Positions 38,934 through 51,113 are shown, counted from the stretch's first letter. The stretch: DNA of 64,000 nucleotides from Anaeramoeba ignava BMAN (GCA_028826165.1 JAPDFW010000098.1:180255-244254); one strand, 5' to 3'. A program made the numbers and translations. The notes: generated by a model from the sequence alone, not told the origin.

Positions 38934-40706
38934 ATGAATGATTGTTTATTTTTTGGTTTAAATAAAGAACCAATTCTTATAAAAAATGAATCATATAAAA
39001 TAACAAAACCAATTCAATTCAAAAATGAAAATGAAAATGAAAATGAAAATGAAAATGAAAATGAAAATGAAAATGAAAACGAAAAACAAATTAAACAAAT
39101 TTCATCAGGTTTTTTTTCAACAATTTTCCTTTTTAAAAATGGAAAAGCAATAGAATATTTAAATGGAAATGATCCAAAACAAAATCCTTCAAAAATCCAA
39201 ATTGAAGAAAATATTCAAAAAGTAACTGTTGGTTCTCAAAATGTAGCTATTTTAACAATAGAAGGAAATGTATTTGCCAAAGGGTTAAATATTAATCCAA
39301 ATAACATAAAAGAATTTATCAATATTTCATCATTAATTGAAGATAAAAATGATAGAATAATTGAAGATATTGTTTGTTCTGCTGATTCAATTTATTTATT
39401 AACTTCAAATCAAAATGCTTATGGAATTGGTTCAAATGGATATGGTCAATTTGGTTTTGATTCTAAAACACTTAAAAAAACAGAAAAACCAATTTTAATA
39501 ATGAAAAATGTTTCTAAAATATTTTCAGGAATTTCTTCACTTTTTGTTTTTCTTTTAAATTCAAATCAAGAATTATTTGGATACGGTGATAATAGTGATG
39601 GTCAACTTGGATTAGGAGAATCAAGAAAAAAAGAATCCAAAATACAAAATATTCCAAAAGGTAAAATAATTGATATTCAATGTGGAAATGAATATTCAAT
39701 AATGTTGATTGAAAATGAAAATCAAAATCCAAAAAGAAAACTTTATTTAACTGGAGATTCTCTATATAATGGACTTGGCAAAGATGGATATACTTATGAA
39801 TTTACTGAAATCAAATCATCTTTATTTGAAAATGATGATGATATTCTTAATTTTTCTGTTGGATATGCACATACTTTGATTTTAACTTCCAAATCAAAAT
39901 TAATAGTATTTGGAAGTAATTCTCATGGTCAATTAGGAACTGGAGATACAAATAATCAATATATTCCAATTCAAATTGAACTTCCTAAATTAAGATTTAA
40001 TGAAGATATTTTTAATTATCATGTTCTTTGTGGAAATGAAAATTCATTTCTTTATTATTCTTTTTCTTCTTTTTCCAATCTTGAAGAAGATTTGATTAAT
40101 CTATTTCGAAGAAAAGAATTTTGTAATATTTCATTTAAAACCAAAAATGGAGAAATAATTTCAGCTCATAAATTAATATTACAAGCTATAATTGGACAAG
40201 ATGATCAAATTGAAAAACTTCAAGAATTAATTTCAAATAAATCATTTAAAGAATCAAATCAAATATTTGAAATGATTTATTCAAACAATTCCAAAATAAA
40301 TCCAAAATTATATGAAGAAATTAAAATTGATTTTAATTTATTTGTATCAATAGAAGAATCAATGAAAGAATTAATTGAATTTGAAAATGAAAAAGATTTT
40401 ATAATTGAAAGAAAAGAAAAACAATATAAATTTCCTAAATTAATATTAATAATGAGAAGTAAATTATTCCGAGAAAAATTTTTATCAGTAACAGAAGATA
40501 AATCAAATAAAGTTACAGATTATAGTGAATTAAGTGATGAATCATTTCAAATATTAGAATATTGGATTTATTCAAATCAAATTAAAGAAGAAATTCAAAT
40601 TACAAAAGAAATTATTAATGAAATTCAAATTGGAATTGATTATTTTCAATTAAATCAAACATATCCAAATTTATTGGATTTATTAATTAACAAATTTAAA
40701 AATTAA
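38934..40706 (+). CDS. RCC1/BLIP-II beta-propeller + tandem BTB protein, copy A
   Basis: GxNxxGQLG and GxxH/S RCC1 repeat motifs; C-terminal FCNISF...AHKLIL and DFIIE...FPKLILIMRS..F BTB-like starts. Confidence 0.9.
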   Translation: MNDCLFFGLNKEPILIKNESYKITKPIQFKNENENENENENENENENENEKQIKQISSGFFSTIFLFKNGKAIEYLNGNDPKQNPSKIQIEENIQKVTVGSQNVAILTIEGNVFAKGLNINPNNIKEFINISSLIEDKNDRIIEDIVCSADSIYLLTSNQNAYGIGSNGYGQFGFDSKTLKKTEKPILIMKNVSKIFSGISSLFVFLLNSNQELFGYGDNSDGQLGLGESRKKESKIQNIPKGKIIDIQCGNEYSIMLIENENQNPKRKLYLTGDSLYNGLGKDGYTYEFTEIKSSLFENDDDILNFSVGYAHTLILTSKSKLIVFGSNSHGQLGTGDTNNQYIPIQIELPKLRFNEDIFNYHVLCGNENSFLYYSFSSFSNLEEDLINLFRRKEFCNISFKTKNGEIISAHKLILQAIIGQDDQIEKLQELISNKSFKESNQIFEMIYSNNSKINPKLYEEIKIDFNLFVSIEESMKELIEFENEKDFIIERKEKQYKFPKLILIMRSKLFREKFLSVTEDKSNKVTDYSELSDESFQILEYWIYSNQIKEEIQITKEIINEIQIGIDYFQLNQTYPNLLDLLINKFKN

Positions 40707-40850
40707 AATTAAAATTAAAATTTAAATTAAAATCAAAATCAAAATTAAAATTAAAATTAAAATTAAAATTAAAATTAAAATTAAAATTAAAATTAAAATT
40801 AAAATTAAAATTCCAAAATTTATTTTTTTCATTTTTTTTCTTTTTCAAAA
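40707..40850 (+). promoter_or_regulatory. Minimal RCC1-BTB spacer: (AAAATT)n plus TTCATTTT initiator-like element about 20 nt before ATG (same design before copies C-G and the VASt gene)
   Basis: The identical layout recurs before each copy, and TCATT matches the parabasalid Inr consensus TCAYT/A. Confidence 0.55.
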
Positions 40851-42599
40851 ATGAATGATTGTTTATTTTTTGGTAAAAATCAATATCCAAAACTTATCAA
40901 AAATAAACCAAATAAAATAATAAAACCAATCCAATTTAAATTTAAAAATGAAAATGAAAATGAAAATGAAAATGGAAATGAAAATGAAAAACAAATTAAA
41001 CAAATTTCATCAGGAGCATTCTCAACAATTTTCCTTTTTAAAAATGGAAAAGCAATAGAATATTCAAATGAAAAAGATTCAAAACAAAATCCTTCAAAAA
41101 TCCAAATTGAAGAAAATATTCAAAAAGTAACTGTTGGTTTTGCAAATGTAGCTATTTTAACAATAGAAGGAAATGTATTTGCCAAAGGGTTATATATTAA
41201 TCCAAATAATATAAAAGAATTTATCAATATTTCATCATTAATTGAAGATAAAAATGATAGAGTAATTGAAGATGTTGTTTGTTCTGCTGATTCAATTTAC
41301 TTATTAACTTCAAATCAAAATGCTTATGGAATTGGTTCAAATAATTATGGTCAACTTGGTTTTGATTCTAAAACACTTAAAAAAACAGAAAAACCAATTT
41401 TAATAATGAAAAATGTTTCTAAAATATTTTCAGGAATTTCTTCACTTTTTGTTTTTCTTTTAAATTTAAATCAAGAATTATTTGGATACGGTGATAATAG
41501 TGATGGTCAACTTGGGTTAGGAGAATCAAGAAAAAAAGAATCCAAAATACAAAATATTCCAAAAGGTAAAATAATTGATATTCAATGTGGAAATGAATAT
41601 TCAATAATGTTGATTGAAAATCAAAATCAAAATCCAAAAAGAAAACTTTATTCATGTGGAGATTATAGATATAATGGACTTGGCAAAGATGGATATACTT
41701 ATGAATTTACTGAAATCAAATCATCTTTATTTGAAAATGACTATATTCGTGAATTTTCTGTTGGAAATGGTGATACTTTGATTTTAACATCCAATTCAAA
41801 ATTAATAGTATTTGGAAGTAATTCTCATGGTCAATTAGGAACTGGAGATACAAAACATCAACTAATTCCTATTCAAATTGAACTTCCTAAATTAAGATTT
41901 AATGAAGATATTTCCAATTATCATGTTCTTTGTGGAAATGAAAATTCATTTCTTTATTATTCTTTTTCTTCTTTTTCCAATCTTGAAGAAGATTTGATTA
42001 ATCTATTTCGAAGAAAAGAATTTTGTAATATTTCATTTAAAACCAAAAATGGAGAAATAATTTCAGCTCATAAATTAATATTACAAGCTATAATTGGACA
42101 AGATGATCAAATTGAAAAACTTCAAGAATTAATTTCAAATAAATCATCTAAAGAATCAAATCAAATATTTGAAATGATTTATTCAAACAATTCCAAAATA
42201 AATCCAAAATTATATGAAGAAATTAAAATTGATTTTAATTTATTTGTATCAATAGAAGAATCAATGAAAGAATTAATTGAATTTGAAAATGAAAAAGATT
42301 TTATAATTGAAAGAAAAGAAAAACAATATAAATTTCCTAAATTAATATTAATAATGAGAAGTAAATTATTCCGAGAAAAATTTTTATCAGTAACAGAAAG
42401 TGATTCTAATAAAGTTACAGATTATAGTGAATTAAGTGATGAATCATTTCAAATATTTGAATATTGGATTTATTCAAATCAAATTAAAGAAGATATTCAA
42501 ATTACACAAGAAATTATTAATGAAATTAAAAAAGGAATTGGTTATTTTCAATTAAATCAAACATATCCAAATTTATTGGATTTATTAATTAAATTTTAA
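40851..42599 (+). CDS. RCC1-BTB-BTB protein, copy B
   Basis: Intact paralogue of copy A. Confidence 0.9.
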   Translation: MNDCLFFGKNQYPKLIKNKPNKIIKPIQFKFKNENENENENGNENEKQIKQISSGAFSTIFLFKNGKAIEYSNEKDSKQNPSKIQIEENIQKVTVGFANVAILTIEGNVFAKGLYINPNNIKEFINISSLIEDKNDRVIEDVVCSADSIYLLTSNQNAYGIGSNNYGQLGFDSKTLKKTEKPILIMKNVSKIFSGISSLFVFLLNLNQELFGYGDNSDGQLGLGESRKKESKIQNIPKGKIIDIQCGNEYSIMLIENQNQNPKRKLYSCGDYRYNGLGKDGYTYEFTEIKSSLFENDYIREFSVGNGDTLILTSNSKLIVFGSNSHGQLGTGDTKHQLIPIQIELPKLRFNEDISNYHVLCGNENSFLYYSFSSFSNLEEDLINLFRRKEFCNISFKTKNGEIISAHKLILQAIIGQDDQIEKLQELISNKSSKESNQIFEMIYSNNSKINPKLYEEIKIDFNLFVSIEESMKELIEFENEKDFIIERKEKQYKFPKLILIMRSKLFREKFLSVTESDSNKVTDYSELSDESFQIFEYWIYSNQIKEDIQITQEIINEIKKGIGYFQLNQTYPNLLDLLIKF

Positions 42600-43000
42600 A
42601 ATTAAAATTAAAATTAAAATCAAAATTAAAATTAAAATTAAAATTAAAATTAAAATTAAAATTAAAATTAAAATTAAAATTAAAATTAAAATTAAAATTA
42701 AAATTAAAATTAAAATTAAAATTAAAATTAAAATCAAAATCAAAATTAAAATTAAAAATTAAAATTAAAATATTAAAATTAAAAAAAAATTAAAAATTAA
42801 AATTAAAATTAAAATTAAAAATTAAAATCAAAATCAAAATCAAATCAAAATTAAAATTAAAATCAAAATTAAAAAAATTAAAATTAAAATCAAAATTAAA
42901 ATTAAAATTAAAATTAAAATCCAAAATTAAAATTAAAATTAAAATTAAAATTAAAATTAAAATTCCAAAATCATTTTTTTCATTTTTTTTCTTTTCAAAA

Positions 43001-44779
43001 ATGAATGATTGTTTATTTTTTGGTGATAATCAATTACCAAAACTTATCAAAAATGAACCAAATTCAATAATAAAACCAATTCAATTTAAATTTAAAAATG
43101 AAAATGAAAATGAAAATGAAATTGAAAATGAAATTAAACAAATTGCAATTTGTTATTTTTCAACAATTTTCCTTTTTAAAAATGGAAAAGCAATAGAATA
43201 TTTAAATGGAAATGATCCAAATCAAAATCCTTATAAAATCCAAATTGAAAATATTCAAAAAGTAACTGTTGATTCTATAAATGAAGCTATTTTAACAAAA
43301 GAAAGAAATGTATTTGCCAAAGGAAAAGATATTAATCCAAATAATATAAAAGAATTTATCAATATTTCATCATTAATTGAAGATAAAAATGATAGAGTAA
43401 TTGAAGATATTGTTTCTGGAGAACATTCATTTTACTTATTAACTTCAAATCAAAATGTTTATGGAATTGGTTCAAATCAATATGGCCAACTTGGTTTTGA
43501 TTCTGAAACACTTGAAAAAACAGAAAAACCAATTTTAATGATGAAAAATGTTTCTAAAATATTTTCAGGAGATTCTTCAACTCATGTTTTTCTTTTAAAT
43601 TCAAATCAAGGATTATTTGGATGCGGTGAGAATGAATATGGTCAACTTGGATTAGGAAAATCAAAAGAAGACAAAAAAATCCAAAAATTAACCAAAATCC
43701 AAAATATTCCAAAAGGTAAAATAATTGATATTCAATGTGGAAATTATCATTCAATAATGTTGATTGAAAATGAAGATGAAAATCAAAATCCAAAAAGAAA
43801 ACTTTATTCAATTGGAAATTGGTTTTATAATGGACTTGGCAAAGATGGATATACTTATGAATTTACTGAAATCAAATCATCTTTATTTGAAAATGACTAT
43901 ATTCGTGAATTTTCTGTTGGAAATGGTGATACTTTGATTTTAACATCCAATTCAAAATTAATAGTATTTGGAAGTAATTCTCATGGTCAATTAGGAACTG
44001 GAGATACAAAACATCAACTAATTCCTATTCAAATTGAACTTCCTAAATTAAGATTTAATGAAGATATTTCCAATTATCATGTTCTTTGTAGAAATAATAA
44101 ATCATTTCTTTATTGGTCTTCTCCTTTTCTTTCTTCTTTTTCCAATCTTGAAGAAGATTTGATTAATCTATTTCGAAGAAAAGAATTTTGTGATATTTCA
44201 TTTAAAACCGAAGATGGAGAAATAATTTCAGCTCATAAATTAATATTACAAGCTATAATTGGACAAGATGATCAAATTGAAAAACTTCAAGAATTAATTT
44301 CAAATAAATCATCTAAAGAATCAAATCAAATATTTGAAATGATTTATTCAAACAATTCCAAAATAAATCCAAAATTATATGAAGAAATTAAAATTGATTT
44401 TAATTTATTTGTATCAATAGAAGAATCAATGAAAGAATTAATTGAATTTGAAAATGAAAAAGATTTTATAATTGAAAGAAAAGAAAAACAATATAAATTT
44501 CCTAAATTAATATTAGTAATGAGAAGTAAATTATTCCGAGAAAAATTTTTATCAGTAACAGAAAGTGATTCTAATAAAGTTACAGATTATAGTGAATTAA
44601 GTGATGAATCATTTCAAATATTAGAATATTGGATTTATTCAAATCAAATTAAAGAAGAAATTCAAATTACAAAAGAGATAATTAATGAAATTCAAATTGG
44701 AATTGGTTATTTTCAATTAAATCAAACAAATCCAAATTTATTGGATTTATTAATTAAGAAATTTAAAAATCAAAATTAA
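43001..44779 (+). CDS. RCC1-BTB-BTB protein, copy C
   Basis: Intact paralogue. Confidence 0.9.
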   Translation: MNDCLFFGDNQLPKLIKNEPNSIIKPIQFKFKNENENENEIENEIKQIAICYFSTIFLFKNGKAIEYLNGNDPNQNPYKIQIENIQKVTVDSINEAILTKERNVFAKGKDINPNNIKEFINISSLIEDKNDRVIEDIVSGEHSFYLLTSNQNVYGIGSNQYGQLGFDSETLEKTEKPILMMKNVSKIFSGDSSTHVFLLNSNQGLFGCGENEYGQLGLGKSKEDKKIQKLTKIQNIPKGKIIDIQCGNYHSIMLIENEDENQNPKRKLYSIGNWFYNGLGKDGYTYEFTEIKSSLFENDYIREFSVGNGDTLILTSNSKLIVFGSNSHGQLGTGDTKHQLIPIQIELPKLRFNEDISNYHVLCRNNKSFLYWSSPFLSSFSNLEEDLINLFRRKEFCDISFKTEDGEIISAHKLILQAIIGQDDQIEKLQELISNKSSKESNQIFEMIYSNNSKINPKLYEEIKIDFNLFVSIEESMKELIEFENEKDFIIERKEKQYKFPKLILVMRSKLFREKFLSVTESDSNKVTDYSELSDESFQILEYWIYSNQIKEEIQITKEIINEIQIGIGYFQLNQTNPNLLDLLIKKFKNQN

Positions 44780-44920
44780 AATTAAAATCAAAATTAAAAT
44801 CAAAATTAAAATTAAAATCAAAATTAAAATCAAAATTAAAATTTAAATTAAAATTAAAATTAAAATTAAAATTAAAATTAAAATTCCAAAATCATTTTTT
44901 CATTTTTTTTCTTTTCAAAA

Positions 44921-46684
44921 ATGAATGATTGTTTATTTTTTGGTTCAAATCTAAATCCAATTCTTATCAAAAATGAACCAGATAAAATAACAAAACCAAT
45001 CCAATTTAAATTTGAAAATGAAAATGAAAATGAAAAACAAATTAAACAAATTTCATCAAGAGCATTCTCAACAATTTTCCTTTTTAAAAATGGAAAAGCA
45101 ATAGAATATTCAAATGAAAAAGATTCAAAACAAAATCCTTATAAAATCCAAATTGAAAATATCCAAAAAGTAACTGTTAGTTCTCAAAATGTAGCTATTT
45201 TAACAATAGAAAGAAATGCATTTGTAAAAGGAAGAGATATTAATCCAAATAATCCAAGTGAATTTATCAATATTTCATCATTAATTGAAGATACAAATGA
45301 TAGAATAATTCAAGATATTGTTTCTGGAGTTTTTTCAATTTACTTATTAACTTCAAATCAAAATGCTTATGGAATTGGTTCAAATGGATATGGTCAACTT
45401 GGTTTTGATTCTGAAACACTTAAAAAAACAGAAAAACCAATTTTAATGATGAAAAATGTTTCTAAAATATTTTCAGGAACTTATTCAGATCATGTTTTTC
45501 TTTTAAATTCAAATCAAGAATTATTTGTATGCGGATATAACGAATATGGTCAACTTGGATTAGGAGAATCAAGAAGAAAAGAAATCAAAATCCAAAAATT
45601 AACCAAAATCCAAAATATTCCAAAAGGCAAAATAATTGATATTCAATGTGGATATGGTTATTCAATAATGTTAATTGAAGATGAAAATGAAAATCCAAAA
45701 AGAAAACTTTATTCATGTGGAAATTATCGATATAATGGACTTGGCAAAAATGAAGATACTTATAAATTTACTGAAATCAAATCATCTTTATTTGAAAATG
45801 ATTATATTCTTGATATTTCTGTTGGATGTTATCATACTTTGATTTTAACTTCTAATTCAAAATTAATAGTATTTGGAGATAATAGATATGGTGAATTAGG
45901 AGCTGGAGATACAAAACATCAATCAATTCAAATTCAAATTGAACTTCCTAAATTAAGATTTAATGAAGATATTTCTAATTATCATCTTTCTTGTGGCTTT
46001 TATGAATCATTTCTTTATTATTCTCCTCCTTCTTTTTCCAATATTGAAGAAGATTTGATAAAATTATTTGAAAGAAAAGAATTTTGTGATATTTCATTTA
46101 AAACCAAAAATGGAGAAATAATTGAAGCTCATAAATTAATATTGAAATATAGATTAAATCAAAATGAAAATCAAATTGAAATTGAAAAACTTGAAGAAAT
46201 TATTTCAAATAAATCAATTAAAGAATCAAATCAAATATTTGAAATGATTTATTCAAATAATTCCAAAATAAATCCAAAATTATATGAAGAAATTAAAATT
46301 GATTTTAATTTATTTGTATCAATAGAAGAATCAATGAAAGAATTAATTGAATTTGAAAATGAAAAAGATTTTATAATTGAAAGAAAAGAAAAACAATATA
46401 AATTCCCTAAATCAATATTAATAATGAGAAGTAAATTATTCCGAGAAAAATTTTTATCTGTAACAGAAGATAAATCTAATAAAGTTACAGATTATAGTGA
46501 ATTAAGTGATGAATCATTTCAAATATTTGAATATTGGATTTATTCAAATCAAATTAAAGATGAAATTCAAATTACACAAGAAATTATTGATGAAATTCAA
46601 ATTGGAATTGATTATTTTCAATTAAATCAAACAAATCCAAATTTATTTGATTTATTAATTAATAAATTTAATAATCAAAATTAA
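44921..46684 (+). CDS. RCC1-BTB-BTB protein, copy D
   Basis: Intact paralogue. Confidence 0.9.
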   Translation: MNDCLFFGSNLNPILIKNEPDKITKPIQFKFENENENEKQIKQISSRAFSTIFLFKNGKAIEYSNEKDSKQNPYKIQIENIQKVTVSSQNVAILTIERNAFVKGRDINPNNPSEFINISSLIEDTNDRIIQDIVSGVFSIYLLTSNQNAYGIGSNGYGQLGFDSETLKKTEKPILMMKNVSKIFSGTYSDHVFLLNSNQELFVCGYNEYGQLGLGESRRKEIKIQKLTKIQNIPKGKIIDIQCGYGYSIMLIEDENENPKRKLYSCGNYRYNGLGKNEDTYKFTEIKSSLFENDYILDISVGCYHTLILTSNSKLIVFGDNRYGELGAGDTKHQSIQIQIELPKLRFNEDISNYHLSCGFYESFLYYSPPSFSNIEEDLIKLFERKEFCDISFKTKNGEIIEAHKLILKYRLNQNENQIEIEKLEEIISNKSIKESNQIFEMIYSNNSKINPKLYEEIKIDFNLFVSIEESMKELIEFENEKDFIIERKEKQYKFPKSILIMRSKLFREKFLSVTEDKSNKVTDYSELSDESFQIFEYWIYSNQIKDEIQITQEIIDEIQIGIDYFQLNQTNPNLFDLLINKFNNQN

Positions 46685-47034
46685 AATTAAAATTAAAATT
46701 AAAATTAAAATTAAAATTAAAATTAAAATTAAAATTAAAATTAAAATTAAAATTAAAATTAGAATTAAAATTAAAATTAAAATTAAAATTAAAATTAAAA
46801 TTAAAATTAAAATTAAAATCAAAATTAAAATTAATATTAAAATTTAAAATTAAATTAAAATTAAAAATTAAAAAATTAAAATCAAAATCAAAATTAAAAT
46901 CAAAATTAAAATTAAAATTTAAATCAAAATTAAAATTTAAATCAAAATCAAAATTAAAATCAAAATCAAAATTAAAATTAAAATTAAAATTAAAATTAAA
47001 ATTAAAATTAAAATTAAAATTAAAATTAAAAATA

Positions 47035-47985
47035 TGAGAATAGATTTAAATTAAATACTAAATTGAAATTAATTTTATTTTATATTTATAAATAAAATTA
47101 ATACACAAAATATATTATTATTAATTAATTTCTTGATATTTAATTAATAAAATATTTTAATTAATTTTTAAATAGAATGGAAATAGATTTAAATTAAGTA
47201 TTAATTTCAAATTAATTTTTATTTTATATTTATAAATAAAATTAATTATTAGAAAATATATTATTATTAATTAATTTATTGATATTTAATTAATAAAATA
47301 TTTTAATTAATTTTTAAACAAAATGGAAATAGATTTTAAATTAAATATTAATTTGGAATTAATTTTTATTTTATATTTATAAATAAAATTAATACAAGGA
47401 AATATATTATTATTAATTAATTTTTGATATTTAATTAATAAAAATATTTTAATTAATTTTTAAACAAAATGAGAATAGATTTGAATTAAATATTAATTTG
47501 GAATTAATTTTTATTTTATATTTATAAATAAAATTAATACTAAAAATATATTATTATTAATTAATTTTTGATATTTAATTAATAAAATATTTTAATTAAT
47601 TTTTAAAACAAAATAGAAATAGATTTGAATTTAATATTAATTTGAAATTAATTTTTATTTTATATTTATAAATAAAATTAAAAACACAAATATATTTTTA
47701 TTAATTAATTTTATTGATATTTAATTAATAAAATATTTTAATTAATTTTTAAATAGAATGGTAATAGATTTAAATTAAATATTAATTTGGAATTAATTTT
47801 TATTTTATATTTATAAATAAAATTAATTATTAGAAATATATTATTATTAATTAATTTTTTAATATTTAATTAATAAAATATTTTAATTAACTTTTAAACA
47901 AAATGGGAATAGATTTAAATTTAATATTAATTTGAAATTAATTTTTATTTTATATTTATAAATAAAATTAATACTAAAAAATGGG
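47035..47985. repeat. Tandem array of ~145 bp monomers (about 6.5 copies) upstream of Rac
   Basis: TAGATTT anchors at 47041, 47184, 47330, 47476, 47620, 47765 and 47910. Confidence 0.92.
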
Positions 47986-48191
47986 ATAAATAAATGGAAA
48001 AAATTTAAATAAAAAATAAAAAAGAAATTTTTTCGAATGAAAAAAAAATTTTAACAAAAAATTTAAATTAAAAAATAAAATAAAAATAAAAAGAAAAAAT
48101 TTAATTAATTTTATTTTCATTCTTTTTCTTTTTTAATAAATTTTTATTTTTAAATTTAAATTTTTTTAAAAACAAAAACAAAAACAACAAA

Positions 48192-48770
48192 ATGCAATCA
48201 ATTAAATGTGTAGTTGTTGGAGATGGAGCAGTTGGTAAAACATGTTTATTAATATCATATACAACAAATGCATTTCCAGGAGAATATATACCAACAGTAT
48301 TTGATAATTATTCAGCCAATGTAATGGTAGATGGAAAACCAATCAATTTAGGATTATGGGATACAGCAGGACAAGAAGATTACGATAGATTAAGACCATT
48401 ATCATATCCACAAACGGATGTATTTTTGATTTGCTTTTCATTGATTTCACCTTCTTCTTTTGAAAACGTTAGAGCTAAATGGGTTCCTGAAATTCATCAT
48501 CATTGTTCTAATGTTCCTATGATTCTTGTTGGTACTAAGCTTGATTTGAGAGATGACCAAGATACTATCATGAAACTTGAAGAAAAAGGTTTATCTCCTA
48601 TTAGTTATCAAGCTGGTATGGATATGGCTAAAGAAATTAAAGCGGTTAAATATTTGGAATGTTCTGCTTTGACTCAAAAAAATTTGAAAACTGTTTTTGA
48701 TGAATCTATTCGTGCTGTTCTTTCTCCTGTTAAACCTGATAAACCAAAAAAGAAATGCTCTATTTTATAA
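48192..48770 (+). CDS. RAC1: Rac-family Rho GTPase, intronless, CAAX box CSIL
   Basis: [42 protein letters not shown] and ECSA motifs; polybasic tail and CSIL. Confidence 0.97.
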   Translation: MQSIKCVVVGDGAVGKTCLLISYTTNAFPGEYIPTVFDNYSANVMVDGKPINLGLWDTAGQEDYDRLRPLSYPQTDVFLICFSLISPSSFENVRAKWVPEIHHHCSNVPMILVGTKLDLRDDQDTIMKLEEKGLSPISYQAGMDMAKEIKAVKYLECSALTQKNLKTVFDESIRAVLSPVKPDKPKKKCSIL

Positions 48771-48921
48771 TTTTCTTTTTTTTTTAAAAACAAAAACAAA
48801 ACAATTTTTTTAATAAAATATCTTGTTATTGAAAAATCAAAATCAAAACAATTTTTTTATTTTTTTATTTTTGGAATTCTTTTTTTTTTTTGTTCCACTT
48901 TTTTCTTTTTTTAAAAAAACA

Positions 48922-50700
48922 AATTTATTATTTAAATATTTAACATAAAAATATAAAAAATAAGAATAGATTTAATTTAATATTTAATTTATAAATTAAT
49001 TTAAAAATATAATTTAATATTTAATTTTATTATTAAAATAATAATTTAATGTTTTAGGTTTAAATATTTTATTATTTAAATATTTAACATATAAATATAA
49101 AAAATAAGAATAGATTTAATTTAATATTTAATTTATAAATTAATTTAAAAATATAATTTAATATTTAATTTTATTATTAAAATAATAATTTAATGTTTTA
49201 TATTTAAATATTTTATTATTTTAAATATTTAACAAATAAATATAAAAAATGGGAATAGATTTAATTTAATATTTAATTTATAAATTAATTTAAAAATATA
49301 ATTTAATATTTAATTTTATGTTTAAAATAATAATTTAATGTTTTATATTTAAATATTTTGTTATTTAAATATTTAAAATAAAAATATAAAAATAAGAATA
49401 GATTTAATTTAATATTTAATTTATAAATTAATTTAAAAATATAATTTAATATTTAATTTTATTATTAAAATAATAATTTATTGTTTTTATATTTAAATAT
49501 TTTATTATTTAAATATTTAACATAAAAATATAAAAAAATAAGAATAGATTTAATTTAATATTTAATTTATAAATTAATCCCAAAAATATAATTTAATATT
49601 TAATTCTATTATTAAAATAGTAATTTAATGTTTTAGATTTAAATATTTTATTATTTAAATATTTAACATATAAATATAAAAATAAGAATAGATTTAATTT
49701 AATATTTAATTTATAAATTAATTTAAAAATATAATTTAATATTTAGTTTTATTATTAAAATAATAATTTATTGTTTTAGATTTAAATATTTTATTATTAA
49801 AAATTTAACATATAAATATAAAAATAAGAATAGATTTAATTTAATATTTAATTTAGAAATTAATTTAAAAATATAATTTAATATTTAATTTTATTATTAA
49901 AATAATAATTTAATGTTTTAGATTTAAATATTTTATTATTTAAATATTTAACATAAAAATATAAAAAATAAGAATAGATTTAATTTAATATTTAATTTAT
50001 AAATTAATTTAAAAATATAATTTAATATTTAATTCTATTATTAAAATAATAATTTAATGTTTTAGATTTAAATATTTTATTATTTAAAATATTTAACATA
50101 TAAATATAAAAATAAGAATAGATTTAATTTAATATTTAATTTATAAATTAATTTAAAATATAATTTAATATTTAATTTTATTATTAAAATAATAATTTAT
50201 TGTTTTAGATTTAAATATTTTATTATTTAAATATTTAACATATAAAAATGAAAAATGAAAATAGATTTAATTTAATATTTAATTTATAAATTAATTTAAA
50301 AATATAATTTAATATTTAATTTTATGTTTAAAATATTAATTTAATGTTTTAAATTTAAATATTTTATTATTTAAATATTTAACATATAAATATCAAAAAT
50401 AAGAATAGATTTAATTTAATATTTAATTTATAAACTAATTTAAAAATATAATTTAATATTTAATTTTATTATTAAAATAATAATTTAATGTTTTAGATTT
50501 AATTATTTTATTATTTAAATATTTAACATAAAAATATAAAAATGGAAATAGATTTAATTTAATATTTAATTTATAAATTAATTTAAAAATATAATTTAAT
50601 ATTTAATTTATAAATTAATTTAAAAATATAATTTAATAATTAATTTTATGTTTAAAATAATAATTTATTGTTTTAGATTTAAATATTTTATTATTTAAAA
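48922..50700. repeat. Tandem array of ~144 bp monomers (about 12 copies) downstream of Rac
   Basis: TAGATTT anchors at 48967, 49111, 49256, 49399, 49545, 49689, 49831, 49975, 50119, 50262, 50406 and 50549. Confidence 0.93.
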
Positions 50701-51113
50701 ATATTTTGAAAATTGATTTTTGAAATTAAAATTTTATCTTTTTTTTGAATTAAATTGAATTAATATTAATTTGGAAATTTGTTTTAAAATTTAAATTTAT
50801 TAATAATTTTTAAATTCCAAAAAAAAAAATTAAATTAAAAATTAAATTAAAATAATTTTCCTTTTTTTTTTAATAATAAAAATTAATAAAAAATAATAAT
50901 AATTTATTAATAAATTAATTTAAAATAATAAATTAAAAAGAAAATTAAATTAATTATTAATTTAAATTTATTCTTATTTTTTATATTTTTATTTATTTTC
51001 AAAATCCACTTTTTATTCATTTTTTTATTAAATTTTTTTTTTCATTTTTTTCCTTTTTTTTTTAAAAACAAAAAACAAAAATACAAAAACAAAAACACAG
51101 AAACAAAAACAAA

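Noticed and set aside
48161-48803. Short direct repeat TTTTTTTAAAAACAAAAACAAAA flanking the Rac ORF
   Set aside because: Low complexity, and a similar string precedes the gene at 51114, so it cannot be counted as a third flanking duplication without statistics.
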